A program made the position numbers and the translations under genes. DNA of 64,000 nucleotides from NCBI GenBank assembly GCA_963782055.1, contig CAWAIF010000003.1:416001-480000 (forward strand), given 5' to 3'. The first letter of the stretch is position 1; every line of letters starts with the position of its first letter. The notes below the pieces were generated by a model. The model made no database searches and had not been told where the DNA came from. It was given only the letters and a program-made list of their open reading frames with translations. This document shows positions 28,976 through 41,388 of this stretch, in pieces. The DNA is from an uncultured delta proteobacterium (GTDB lineage: Bacteria > Myxococcota_A > Polyangia > Polyangiales > Polyangiaceae).

Positions 28976-30310
28976 TCATGCCGGGCGCCGGAAGCCCGCG
29001 AGAAAATAGCCGTTGGTGCCGTGAACGTAGGGCAGAAGGCGCAGGGTGACACCCCCCGCGGCGATCCCGTCGACGGCGGCGCCGGCGAAGGGGGCGGCGA
29101 TCATCTCCGGCGTGGCGGCCAGGAAGGCCTGAACCACGTCCTCCGCCTCCTCGCGCAGGACGCTGCACACGGCGTAGACCAGCCGCCCCCCCGGGCGCAC
29201 GCGAGAGGCTGCCGCGCCGAGGATGGCGAGCTGCGTCCTCGCGAGGGCGGCGAGGCCGGCGTCCTCCCGCCGCAGCAGCAGGTCGGGGCGGCGGCGGATG
29301 GTGCCCACTCCGGAGCACGGCGCGTCGACGAGCACGGCGTCGTAGGCGCCGGTGACGTCGCCGCAGCCGACGGTCCAGTCGACGGCGAAGGTGGCGCGCG
29401 GGGCCACGCCCAGCCGCGACGCCTCCTCCTTCAGGCGCCGGAGCTTGGATTCGTGGAGGTCGCACGCGTCAACGGTGGCGCCGGCGTCGAGCAGCGCGAG
29501 GGTCTTGTTGCCGCGGCCCGCGCAGGCGTCGAGCACGGTCTCGCCCGGGCGCGCCCCCACCGACGCGGCGACGAGCTGCGAGCCTTCTTCCTGGATGACC
29601 AGCGCCCCCGCGGCCACTCCCGGGAGCCCCTGCGGCCCCTCGCCGCCGATCGTTGGCATGCCAACGTTCGCCTTTCCGGTGCCCCTCGCCAGGATGGCCG
29701 CCGGCCCGGCCCGGCCGGCCTCCACCTCCGCCCCCGCCGTCCGGAGCGCCGCCACCCATTCTTCCCGCGTGCCGCGCCGCACTCGCAGTCCGAGCGGCGG
29801 TGGCTCGTGCTCCGCGAGAAACCGCGCGGCCCCCTCCGCGCCGAGCGCCCGCTCCAGCCCCGCCCGCAGCCACTCCGGACACGACGCGGCGACCGCCTCG
29901 GCGTAGGAGGGCTCGCCCTTCTCCCGGACGAGCCGCCGCAGCACCGCGTTGGCGAAGCCCGCCACCTGCGCGCCGGCGATCGCCCGCACCGCCCCCACGC
30001 AGGCGTCCACCGCCGCGAAGGGCGGCACGCGCAGGAAGTAGACCTGGTAGGCGGCGAGGACCATGTGCGCGCGCACCCGGGGGTGAAGCTTCGCCACGGG
30101 CTTCTTCGCGCGCTCGTCCAGGCGCGCCTCCAGCCACGGCAGCGCCCGCAGCGCCCCGTACACCAGCTCCGTCGCGAAGCCGCGGTCGCGCGCGTCGAGC
30201 TGCGGCGAGCGGGCGATCTCCGCGTCCAGCGCCGCCGCGGCGAAGGCGCCGCCGGTGAGCACCCGCACGAGCGTCTGCGCGGCCACCCCGCGCGCCGTCG
30301 GACCGGTCAC
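28976..30310 (-). CDS. rsmB: 16S rRNA m5C methyltransferase RsmB/Sun (NusB-like + NOL1/NOP2 domains)
   Basis: DRGFATELVYGALR, FANAVLRR, QEEGSQ, LDACAGRGNKT, DAPCSGVG and LVYAVCS. Confidence 0.88.
   Translation of the reverse strand: MTGPTARGVAAQTLVRVLTGGAFAAAALDAEIARSPQLDARDRGFATELVYGALRALPWLEARLDERAKKPVAKLHPRVRAHMVLAAYQVYFLRVPPFAAVDACVGAVRAIAGAQVAGFANAVLRRLVREKGEPSYAEAVAASCPEWLRAGLERALGAEGAARFLAEHEPPPLGLRVRRGTREEWVAALRTAGAEVEAGRAGPAAILARGTGKANVGMPTIGGEGPQGLPGVAAGALVIQEEGSQLVAASVGARPGETVLDACAGRGNKTLALLDAGATVDACDLHESKLRRLKEEASRLGVAPRATFAVDWTVGCGDVTGAYDAVLVDAPCSGVGTIRRRPDLLLRREDAGLAALARTQLAILGAAASRVRPGGRLVYAVCSVLREEAEDVVQAFLAATPEMIAAPFAGAAVDGIAAGGVTLRLLPYVHGTNGYFLAGFRRPA
29647..29670. repeat. 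24-bp palindromic motif, copy 4 (inside rsmB)
   Basis: CGATCGTTGGCATGCCAACGTTCG. Confidence 0.8.
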
Positions 30311-32013
30311 GTGAAGAGGTCTTTCACCTGGGCGATGATGTCGGTCCACCGCCGCTCCACGTCGTTCTTGAAGGCGATGGCCATGAGCACCACCAGCACG
30401 CTCATGCCGAGCAGGCTGGCGATCTCGCGCGTGCGCCGCGTGACCGGCCGCCGCCGCACGCCCTCCACCAGGAAGAAGGCCAGGTGCCCGCCGTCCAGCA
30501 CCGGCACGGGCAGCAGGTTCACCAGCCCCAGGTTGACGGAGATGAGCGCCATCGCCCACACGAAGTAGGTGGTGCCCTTCGCCCCCGCCTGCCCCGCGAT
30601 GTCGTAGAGGGTGATGGGCCCGCTCACCTCCCGCAGGCTCACCCGGCCCTGCAGCAGCCGCAGGAAGCCCACGCTCACGTACTCGATGGCGCGCCCCGTC
30701 TCCTCCAGGCCGCGCGAGAGCGCGTAGGAGAAGCGCCGGTCGTTGGGCACCAGCTTGTCTGGCGCGTCGGGCACCCAGTGCGTAGTGCGGAAGACGTAGC
30801 GCTGGTAGTGCTGGCCGAACTCGTCGTTCCACGACTCGTTCTTGAGCTGGAAGCTGCCCGCCATCGCCTCGCCGTCGCGCGTCCACTCCAGCTTGCGCGT
30901 GCGGCTCGCGCCGCGGACCAGGTCGTTCTCCAGCGTCTGCCACTGCCGCTCGGGCGCGCCATCGAGCGCGGTGATGCGGTCGCCCACCCGCAGGCCCGCC
31001 ATGCTCTCGCTCGACCCGTCGGGGACGAAGGCCACGTACATCTCGCTCGTCTCGATGCCGCTGCGCGCGAGCACGTCGGCCGCGCGGCCCTCGTAGTCGA
31101 GTCCCTTCGCCAGGCCGCGCGCCAGCGGCGTGAGGGTGGCCACCTGCGGCTCCAGCACCGCCACGTCGCACAGCCCGCCCGTCGCGTTGGGGACGGGGAC
31201 CGGACGCATGTACGCCACCACCAGCGTGTCGCCCTTGTTGCGCGAGAGCACGTCCACCAGGTCCACGAACCGGTCCACCCGCCGCCCGTTGATCGCCGTG
31301 ATGCGGTCGAAGGTGCGCAGCCCCGCGCGGTACGCCGGCGAGTCGGTGCGCGGCACGCCGATGACCGGCAGCGGGAAGCTCGGCTGGATGCCCACCCGCC
31401 CGACGTGCTCCACGATGTCCAGCTCGTGCTCGATCTGCTGGTCCTCCGGCGTCAGCGTCACGTCCAGGGACCGCCCGTCGCGCTGCACGGTGAAGCGCAA
31501 CGGCTTGCCCGCGCGCTTGGCCACGTAGCGCTGCACCTCGGGGAAGGTGGTGACGTCCTTGCCGTCCAGCGCGAGGATCCGGTCGCCGGGCAGCAGCTTT
31601 CCGTCCGCCGGCTTTCCGGCGAGCACCACCCCGACCGTGGGCGGCAGGAGCTGCGTGTCCTCGAAGAAGACCGACCCGTAGAGCGCGATGGGAAAGAGCA
31701 CGTTCATCGCCGGACCCGCCAGCACGATGACGATCCGCTTCCAGAGCGCCTGCGACTCGAAGGTCCGGTGCTTGTCCTCCGGCTGGATGGGCCCCGTCCC
31801 CTTGCTCTCCTCCAGCATCGTCACGAAGCCGCCGAGCGGCAGGATCCCGATGCAGTACTCCGTCTCCTTCCCGCGGATGCGGATGATCTTCGGCCCGAAG
31901 CCGAGGGAGAAGGTGAGCACCTTCACCCCGAAGATCTTCGCGCAGGCGAAGTGCCCGAGCTCGTGCACGAACACGAGCACGCTCACCAGCAGGATGAAGT
32001 AGACGAGGTCCAA
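30307..32013 (-). CDS. rseP: RIP metalloprotease RseP (M50) with several PDZ domains
   Basis: HELGH, FSLGFGP, AGPAMN, repeated GDRI/FDRI PDZ motifs and NLLPVPVLDGG. Confidence 0.93.
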   Translation of the reverse strand: MDLVYFILLVSVLVFVHELGHFACAKIFGVKVLTFSLGFGPKIIRIRGKETEYCIGILPLGGFVTMLEESKGTGPIQPEDKHRTFESQALWKRIVIVLAGPAMNVLFPIALYGSVFFEDTQLLPPTVGVVLAGKPADGKLLPGDRILALDGKDVTTFPEVQRYVAKRAGKPLRFTVQRDGRSLDVTLTPEDQQIEHELDIVEHVGRVGIQPSFPLPVIGVPRTDSPAYRAGLRTFDRITAINGRRVDRFVDLVDVLSRNKGDTLVVAYMRPVPVPNATGGLCDVAVLEPQVATLTPLARGLAKGLDYEGRAADVLARSGIETSEMYVAFVPDGSSESMAGLRVGDRITALDGAPERQWQTLENDLVRGASRTRKLEWTRDGEAMAGSFQLKNESWNDEFGQHYQRYVFRTTHWVPDAPDKLVPNDRRFSYALSRGLEETGRAIEYVSVGFLRLLQGRVSLREVSGPITLYDIAGQAGAKGTTYFVWAMALISVNLGLVNLLPVPVLDGGHLAFFLVEGVRRRPVTRRTREIASLLGMSVLVVLMAIAFKNDVERRWTDIIAQVKDLFT

Positions 32014-32031
32014 GGGGGCTCTCGCTCGCCG

Positions 32032-32715
32032 TCACGCCGCGCGGAGCACGGCCCCGAAGAGGCGTCGCCCGTCGTCGCCGCCGAGGATCGCCTCGCTCAT
32101 GCGCTCGGGGTGGGGCATCAGCCCGAGCACGTTCTTCCTGGGCCCGCCGTAGACGCCGGCGATGTGGGCGACCGACCCGTTCGGGTTGGCCCGCACGTCC
32201 AGGTGGCCGTCGCGGGTGCAGTAGCGCAGGGCGACGCGCCCCTCCGTCTCCAGCTTCGCCAGCAGCTCCGGTGACGCCTGGTAGCGCCCCTCCGCGTGGG
32301 CGATGGGCAGGCGCCACACCTCGTCCAGCTTGGGCGTGAACGGCCCCTTCGCCGCGACCTTCACGTACCAGTCCCCGCACTCGAAGCGCAGGTGGGCGTT
32401 CTGCGTGAGGGCGCCCGGCAGCAGCCCTACCTCGGTGAGGATCTGGAAGCCGTTGCAGACGCCCAGCACCCAGCCGCCGCGCTCGGCGTGGGCGCGGATG
32501 GCGCCGACGATGGGGCTCGCCTTCGCCAGGGCGCCGCAGCGCAGGTAGTCGCCGTAGCTGAACCCGCCGGGGATGGCGACGAAGTCGGTCCCCGCGGGAA
32601 GGGCGGTATCCGTGTACCATGCAACCTTCGTCGGCACCCCGCACACGTCGCGGATCGTGCGGATCATCTCCGCGTCGGCGTTGAGGCCCGGGAACAGCAC
32701 GACGGTCGCCAGCAT
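32032..32715 (-). CDS. purQ: Phosphoribosylformylglycinamidine synthase subunit PurQ
   Basis: [34 protein letters not shown] and GLMPHPER. Confidence 0.95.
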   Translation of the reverse strand: MLATVVLFPGLNADAEMIRTIRDVCGVPTKVAWYTDTALPAGTDFVAIPGGFSYGDYLRCGALAKASPIVGAIRAHAERGGWVLGVCNGFQILTEVGLLPGALTQNAHLRFECGDWYVKVAAKGPFTPKLDEVWRLPIAHAEGRYQASPELLAKLETEGRVALRYCTRDGHLDVRANPNGSVAHIAGVYGGPRKNVLGLMPHPERMSEAILGGDDGRRLFGAVLRAA

Positions 32716-32815
32716 CGGGCCCTGCTCTAGCACGGGACCCGCCCCGCCGCGACGCGCGCGGGCCCGCCGCCGACACTGGCGGCGCGGCGCGATACCCGCT
32801 AATCGAGAGCCCCCG

Positions 32816-35188
<2,373 letters not shown>

Positions 35189-35338
35189 GAGGATCCCCCT
35201 GCCCGGTCGCGAGGGCTCATCGACCGGGCCGCGGGCCGCGGCGCGCTCGCGCAGCAGGGGCGCGCGCGGCGGGAGCTGTCCCCGGGATCTGTGATACCCT
35301 TTGCGCTGGGCGATTGCTTGCGCCCGAGACGCCGTCCG

Positions 35339-36325
35339 ATGTCCAAGGCCCCCTCGCCCCTCCTGGGCTACAACAACAACGTCCGGCACAAGAACCGGGT
35401 GTTTCACATCCAGACGGAGGACTCGGGGATCAAGCACCCGCACGTCATCACGCACCTCTTCATGGATGGCGGGCGGATCCTCAAGTCGATCAAGACGAGC
35501 TACGCCGAGCACGTCAAAAACGAGAAGCTGGGCGACGTCGTCCGCCAGATGATGAAGGAGCAGCACAAGGCCATGTTCAAGGCCTTGCGCGATGGCTCGC
35601 TGGACCCGGTGATCGAGGACGCGCTCGTGGGGAGGGTGAGCCGCACCAGCCTGCCGCCGATGCGCCCGCCCGCCGCGACCATCCCGGACGAGGCGCCGCC
35701 CGCCACCACCCGCGAGCCCCCGCTGAACGAACGCACCGACCCGAGCTCCGCGCCGGTCATGCCCATCCCGCCGGCGCAGGACCTGACGCTGGACCTGGAG
35801 GCGCTGGAGCGCGCATCGGAGGAGCCGGTGCCCTCCTTCCGCCCTGCCAACGACCTCCCGCCGCCGCCGGCCAACCTCTTCCGGAGCGCGCAGGGCTCGG
35901 AGCCCGGCACCGGCCGTTACCGCAACCTGCGGGAGGACGCGCCTGCGCCGGAGGAGCACGTCAAGTCGTCGCGCGCGCCGCGCTCTCGCAGCGACCGCCC
36001 CAAGCCCCGGAGCGAGCGCCCGCGTCGGGAGTCAGCGCCCTCGCGGCCCGACCCGCGCGCGGAGCCGCCTTCGGAGCCGCGCCAGCCGGTCGCCGAGCCG
36101 GCCAGCGCGCGGGGACGCAAGGCACCCTCCCGGCCGCCGGCGCGCGCGCCCTCGCGGCCGCCGCCCGCCACCGAGCGCCATGCCCCCGCGCGGCCCGCCG
36201 CCATCTTCGGGCAGGCGCGCCCACAGCAGGCCTCCATCTTTGGAGAGGACATCATCAGCGACAAGTCGCTGGACGAAGTGATCCTCAGCTACCTCGCGGA
36301 GGATCTGGAGGACGGTTCGAAGTAG
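35339..36325 (+). CDS. Hypothetical protein with an ordered N-terminal domain, Pro/Arg-rich linker and short C-terminal motif
   Basis: GYNNNVRHKNRVFHIQTEDSG...THLF...EQHKAM N-terminal domain, C-terminal KSLDEVILSYL and GC3-biased codons. Confidence 0.75.
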   Translation: MSKAPSPLLGYNNNVRHKNRVFHIQTEDSGIKHPHVITHLFMDGGRILKSIKTSYAEHVKNEKLGDVVRQMMKEQHKAMFKALRDGSLDPVIEDALVGRVSRTSLPPMRPPAATIPDEAPPATTREPPLNERTDPSSAPVMPIPPAQDLTLDLEALERASEEPVPSFRPANDLPPPPANLFRSAQGSEPGTGRYRNLREDAPAPEEHVKSSRAPRSRSDRPKPRSERPRRESAPSRPDPRAEPPSEPRQPVAEPASARGRKAPSRPPARAPSRPPPATERHAPARPAAIFGQARPQQASIFGEDIISDKSLDEVILSYLAEDLEDGSK

Positions 36326-36564
36326 CCGCTGCGAGGTGGGACGGGGAGCCTCCCCGGCGCTGTCGTCACGCGACGGAGCGCTAGCACGCTGACAATCCGA
36401 CAGGCTTCGCGCCGCCCCACCGCCTGCCTGTCGAATTGGGGGCTTCAGCCCCCGAAATTGGCCGCTTCCAGAGGGCTGCCTTCCGGATTCCGCGCACTTC
36501 CGGCCTGTCGGGAAGTAGACACCGGATGGCTCTGATTCCTCAAAGATTTTCGTGCGTTCACCCC

Positions 36565-36593
36565 TTGCATCCGCCGCCGGTTGGCCCCATTCT
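36565..36593 (+). promoter_or_regulatory. Sigma-70-type promoter of the candidate sRNA
   Basis: TTGCAT-N17-CATTCT, 7 nt before G36601. Confidence 0.55.
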
Positions 36594-36600
36594 TTTTCTC

Positions 36601-36739
36601 GTACGCAGACACGCAGCTGTAGGGACGAGCCCCCTCCTCCGTTCTTGCAGTGCGACTCGTGGGCTTGCGCGAGCCCCCTCCCCCACCGCGTGAGCCCCCG
36701 CGCCCGGAGTAGCCAAGCTGCTTCGGGCGCGTTTTTTTT
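36601..36739 (+). ncRNA. Candidate small regulatory RNA with three hairpins and two AGCCCCCUCC loops
   Basis: SL1 at 36612-36654 and SL2 at 36661-36697 have stems completed by G-U pairs and near-identical C-rich loops. SL3 is an intrinsic terminator. There is an upstream promoter and no plausible ORF. Confidence 0.72.
36699..36739 (+). terminator. Rho-independent terminator
   Basis: CGCGCCCGGAGTAGC-CAA-GCTGCTTCGGGCGCG followed by T8. Confidence 0.9.
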
Positions 36740-36770
36740 GTCCGCCGTCCACCGGCGCGCCGGGAGCCTC

Positions 36771-38585
36771 TCAGGGCGTGAAGGTGACGTCCATGTCGGC
36801 GGAGCCGCCGCCCGCAGGGACCCCCTGCACCACCGTGCCCGGCACGCTGTTGATGATGCAGTTGCCGGCCCCCTGCAGGAAGTCCGGCACGCCCATCGCC
36901 ACCTTGGTGATGTGGCCGTCACCGCCGATGTCCACGTGAAGCTTGCCCGTATACGCGTCCGCCTTCGCGCCCGAGCGCAGGGCATCGCGGTAGCACCGCG
37001 TGAAGGAGGCGTTCAGTGACATGAGCGCGCCGCGCACGGCGTGGTTGTCGATACCGCCCGTCGTCTGCACGTTGCCGAGCCGGACGCTGCCCGGCCCCGA
37101 CGGGGGCGGAGCTCCCGCCTCGACCGCGGGCGCGGGAGGCGCGACGCTGGCGGGCGGCGCGGCGCTCGCGACCGTGGTGGCGGTCGACGCCGACGCGGCG
37201 GGCGTGCCCGACGCGCGGGCCTTCGCCGACACGACGGCGAGCGGTGTCGCCGAGCCGTGCGGCGCCGCCGACGCGGAGGGGGACGCGATGGCGGCGGAGT
37301 CCACCGGCGTCACGTCGTCGCTGGCCACCGCCACGGGGGAGGTCGCGTGCTCGGCGCTCGCCGACGCGATCGCCGAAGGTGCCGTCCCCGCCTGCGCGCT
37401 GCTCTGGAGCTTCTGGTAGACGAAGTAGCCGCCTGCGCCCACCACGCTGAAGAGGCTCATGGCGAGCAGGTAGCCCGTCCACCGGCGTGGCACCCCCGCG
37501 GGCCGCTCCAGCGCCTCGGTGCCGATGGGCGTGACCTTGCTGGCGGAGGGCTGCATCTGCGCGGCGGCCGCCCTGAGCTGGGCGGCGTCCAGCGGCACCG
37601 TCGCCGCGCTGGCGAGGCTCGCGCGCGCCCCCGCGAGCGCCGGGTTGCTGTCGGTCGCCGTCGGCAGGCTGCGCGGGAGGATGCCGCCCTCGATCGCCGT
37701 CTTGAGGTCGGCGCGCATCTCGCGGGCGCTCTGGTAGCGATCCTCCCGCTTCTTCTGCATCGCCTTGAGGCACACCGCCTCCAGGTTGGCGTTCACGCCC
37801 GGGTAGATCTCCGAGGGCCGCGGCGGCTCCTCGGTCACGTGCTTGAGCACGATGCCGATGGCGTTCTCCGCGTCGAAGGGCACGCGGCGCGTGAGGAGCT
37901 GGAAGAGGATGACGCCCATCGAGTAGAGGTCGCTGCGCGCGTCCAGCTTCTCGCCGCGTCCCTGCTCCGGAGACATGTACTCCGGCGTGCCGACGACGAG
38001 CCCCTTGGTGGAGAGGCGGCCGGCGGTGTCCTTGCCGTCGACGTCGCGCGACTCGCTGATCTTGGCGATGCCGAAGTCGCACACCTTGACGATGTCGCGC
38101 TCGCGCCCCTCGTCGTCCTTGCCCGCGAGGATCATGATGTTCTCGGGCTTGAGGTCGCGGTGCACCACGCCCTGGTCGTGCGCGACGGCGAGCGCGGCGA
38201 GCCCCTGGATCAGGATGTCGACCACCCGCTCGTCCTGCAGGGGCCACGAGGACTTGAGCACCGCGAACAGGTCGGTGCCGTCCAGGTACTCCATCGCGAT
38301 GTAGAGCAGACCATCGGGCTCCTCGCCGAAGTCGATGACGCGCAGGGAGTTGGGGTGGTCCAGCTTGGAGGCGGCCCGGGCCTCCCGCTTGAAGCGCGCG
38401 ACGAACTTCTCGTCCTTGGCGATGTCCCGGTGCATCACCTTGATGGCGACGACCTTGTCGAGCACCACCTGCCGCGCCTTGTACACCGCGCCCATCGCGC
38501 CGGCCCCGACGAAGGACTCGATCGCGTACTTGCCCGCGACCTTGCGTCCGAGGAGCGACTCGTCAGGCCCTTCGCGCGTGGACAT
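36771..38585 (-). CDS. Hanks-type Ser/Thr protein kinase with TM helix and C-terminal AgmX/PglI-like periplasmic domain
   Basis: GAGAMGAV, VAIK, HRDLKPEN, DFG and GTPEYMSPEQ, then a TM helix and C-terminal FTRCY...KLHVDIGGDG...C. Confidence 0.92.
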   Translation of the reverse strand: MSTREGPDESLLGRKVAGKYAIESFVGAGAMGAVYKARQVVLDKVVAIKVMHRDIAKDEKFVARFKREARAASKLDHPNSLRVIDFGEEPDGLLYIAMEYLDGTDLFAVLKSSWPLQDERVVDILIQGLAALAVAHDQGVVHRDLKPENIMILAGKDDEGRERDIVKVCDFGIAKISESRDVDGKDTAGRLSTKGLVVGTPEYMSPEQGRGEKLDARSDLYSMGVILFQLLTRRVPFDAENAIGIVLKHVTEEPPRPSEIYPGVNANLEAVCLKAMQKKREDRYQSAREMRADLKTAIEGGILPRSLPTATDSNPALAGARASLASAATVPLDAAQLRAAAAQMQPSASKVTPIGTEALERPAGVPRRWTGYLLAMSLFSVVGAGGYFVYQKLQSSAQAGTAPSAIASASAEHATSPVAVASDDVTPVDSAAIASPSASAAPHGSATPLAVVSAKARASGTPAASASTATTVASAAPPASVAPPAPAVEAGAPPPSGPGSVRLGNVQTTGGIDNHAVRGALMSLNASFTRCYRDALRSGAKADAYTGKLHVDIGGDGHITKVAMGVPDFLQGAGNCIINSVPGTVVQGVPAGGGSADMDVTFTP

Positions 38586-38665
38586 CCGTCTGCCAGTCTA
38601 CCGAAGGCCCGGCGGCGTCGCCACCAAACGCGTTGACGATCCTCGCGAGATTTCCCGGCGAATGC

Positions 38666-39860
38666 TCAGCTCTGCCGGCGCAACGAAGCGTTCGTCGCGG
38701 CGTCCCAGAGCTCCGCGTCGCCGGGGCGCAGCGCCGACACCATCTCCGCCACGTCGCGCGCGGCGTCGCCTCGAACGATGCGCTCGCGCGCCTCGCCGTC
38801 GCCGGTGAGCAGATCGAACGCGGGCACGTCGTCGCGGAACTCGTAGCGCTCGGTGCGGAAGACGAAGCGCTCCGGCGCGTGATGATGCGTGAGCGCCACC
38901 AGCGCGACGTACGTCGCCACGGGCCGGAACGAGCGCGCGTCGGTGACGTGGATCTGGACGCCGCCGCACACCTCGCCCGCGTGCTTGTGGAACGTCGGAC
39001 GGAAGGTGATCGGTCGCGCGACGAAGCCGGGCAGGCCGAGCGCCCCGAGCTCGCGGGCGAGGCGCTCGCCGTCCACGAAGGGGGCGCCGGTGATCTCGAA
39101 GGGGCGGGTGGTGCCCCGCCCGTCCGAGAGGTTCGTCCCCTCGAGGAGGCACCCACCGGGGTAGACCAGCGCGGTGGCCGGTGTAGGCATGTTCGGCGAA
39201 GGTAAGATGAAGTCACGGTCCCACCCGGTCGCAAGCAAGCTCCGGTCCCAGTCCGCGCGGACCACCGTGAGCGTCTCCGGCGGCCACCCTTCCACCTCGG
39301 CCCGCCAGGCCGCGATCTCGCCCGGCGTCAGCCCGTGACGCACCGCGATCGGCTCCAGGCCAACGAAGGAGCGGTAGCGCGCTGACTGCGAGCGGCCCTC
39401 GAGCGTCAGTTTGTTGCCGCCCGTGGGGTTGGGCCGGTCGAGCAGGACGCCGCGCACACCCGCCTTCGCGCACGCCCGCAGGGCGAGAACCGCGGTCCAC
39501 ACGAAGGTGTAGTAGCGGGCGCCCACGTCCTGCAGGTCGATGACCAGCGTGTCGATCTGCGCCGAGATCCTCCGGCCGAGGTGACAGGTCGTCGAACCGC
39601 TCACCGTAGAGGCTCCGCACGGGTGTGCCGCTGGTGTCCCGGGCGTCGGTGACGCCGATCATGTCCTGCGCCTCGCCCCCGTAACCATGCTCCGGGCCGA
39701 AGATCATCGCGGGGTGGTGGCCGTACGCGCGCAGCGCCGCCGCGATGTGGACCAGCTCGCGGGTGACCGCGGCAGGGTGGGCGAGCAGGCCGAGGCGTCC
39801 GGCGAGGAGTTTGTTTTGGAGGTCGGCCGAGGCGAGGAGGCGATCCAGGCCGGTGTGCAT
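38666..39860 (-). CDS. DUF1343 family exo-beta-N-acetylmuramidase (NamZ-like) with apparent +1 frameshift at ~39562
   Basis: TGLDRL, FGPEHG and SLYG lie in one frame. DLQDVGARYYTF, DRPNP, PSPNMPT and GRGTTRPFE lie in the next frame. Confidence 0.85.
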
Positions 39861-40001
39861 GGGCCACCGTTAGCACGCTTGCGATCCTGGAGGGCACGGG
39901 GGATCCGGACCCTTTTTGCGCAGCTCGTATGCCTAATTTCAGCCGGTTACCGTGAAATGTTTGTCCGGGCTATGCAATTTGTATCTGCTAGCCTCTGGAG
40001 C

Positions 40002-41366
<1,365 letters not shown>

Positions 41367-41388
41367 CGGCGCCTGGTAGCGTGGCCTG

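Noticed and set aside
24241..29670. 24-bp palindrome as parS or a sigma-54 promoter
   Set aside because: It does not match TGTTTCACGTGAAACA, and its TGGCATG core lacks the TGC at the -12 spacing.
36326..36560. tRNA or riboswitch in the hairpin-rich gap upstream of the sRNA candidate
   Set aside because: Small hairpins exist (CGACAGGC...GCCTGTCG and GGGGGCT-TC-AGCCCCC), but I recognised no cloverleaf, T-loop or known aptamer consensus.
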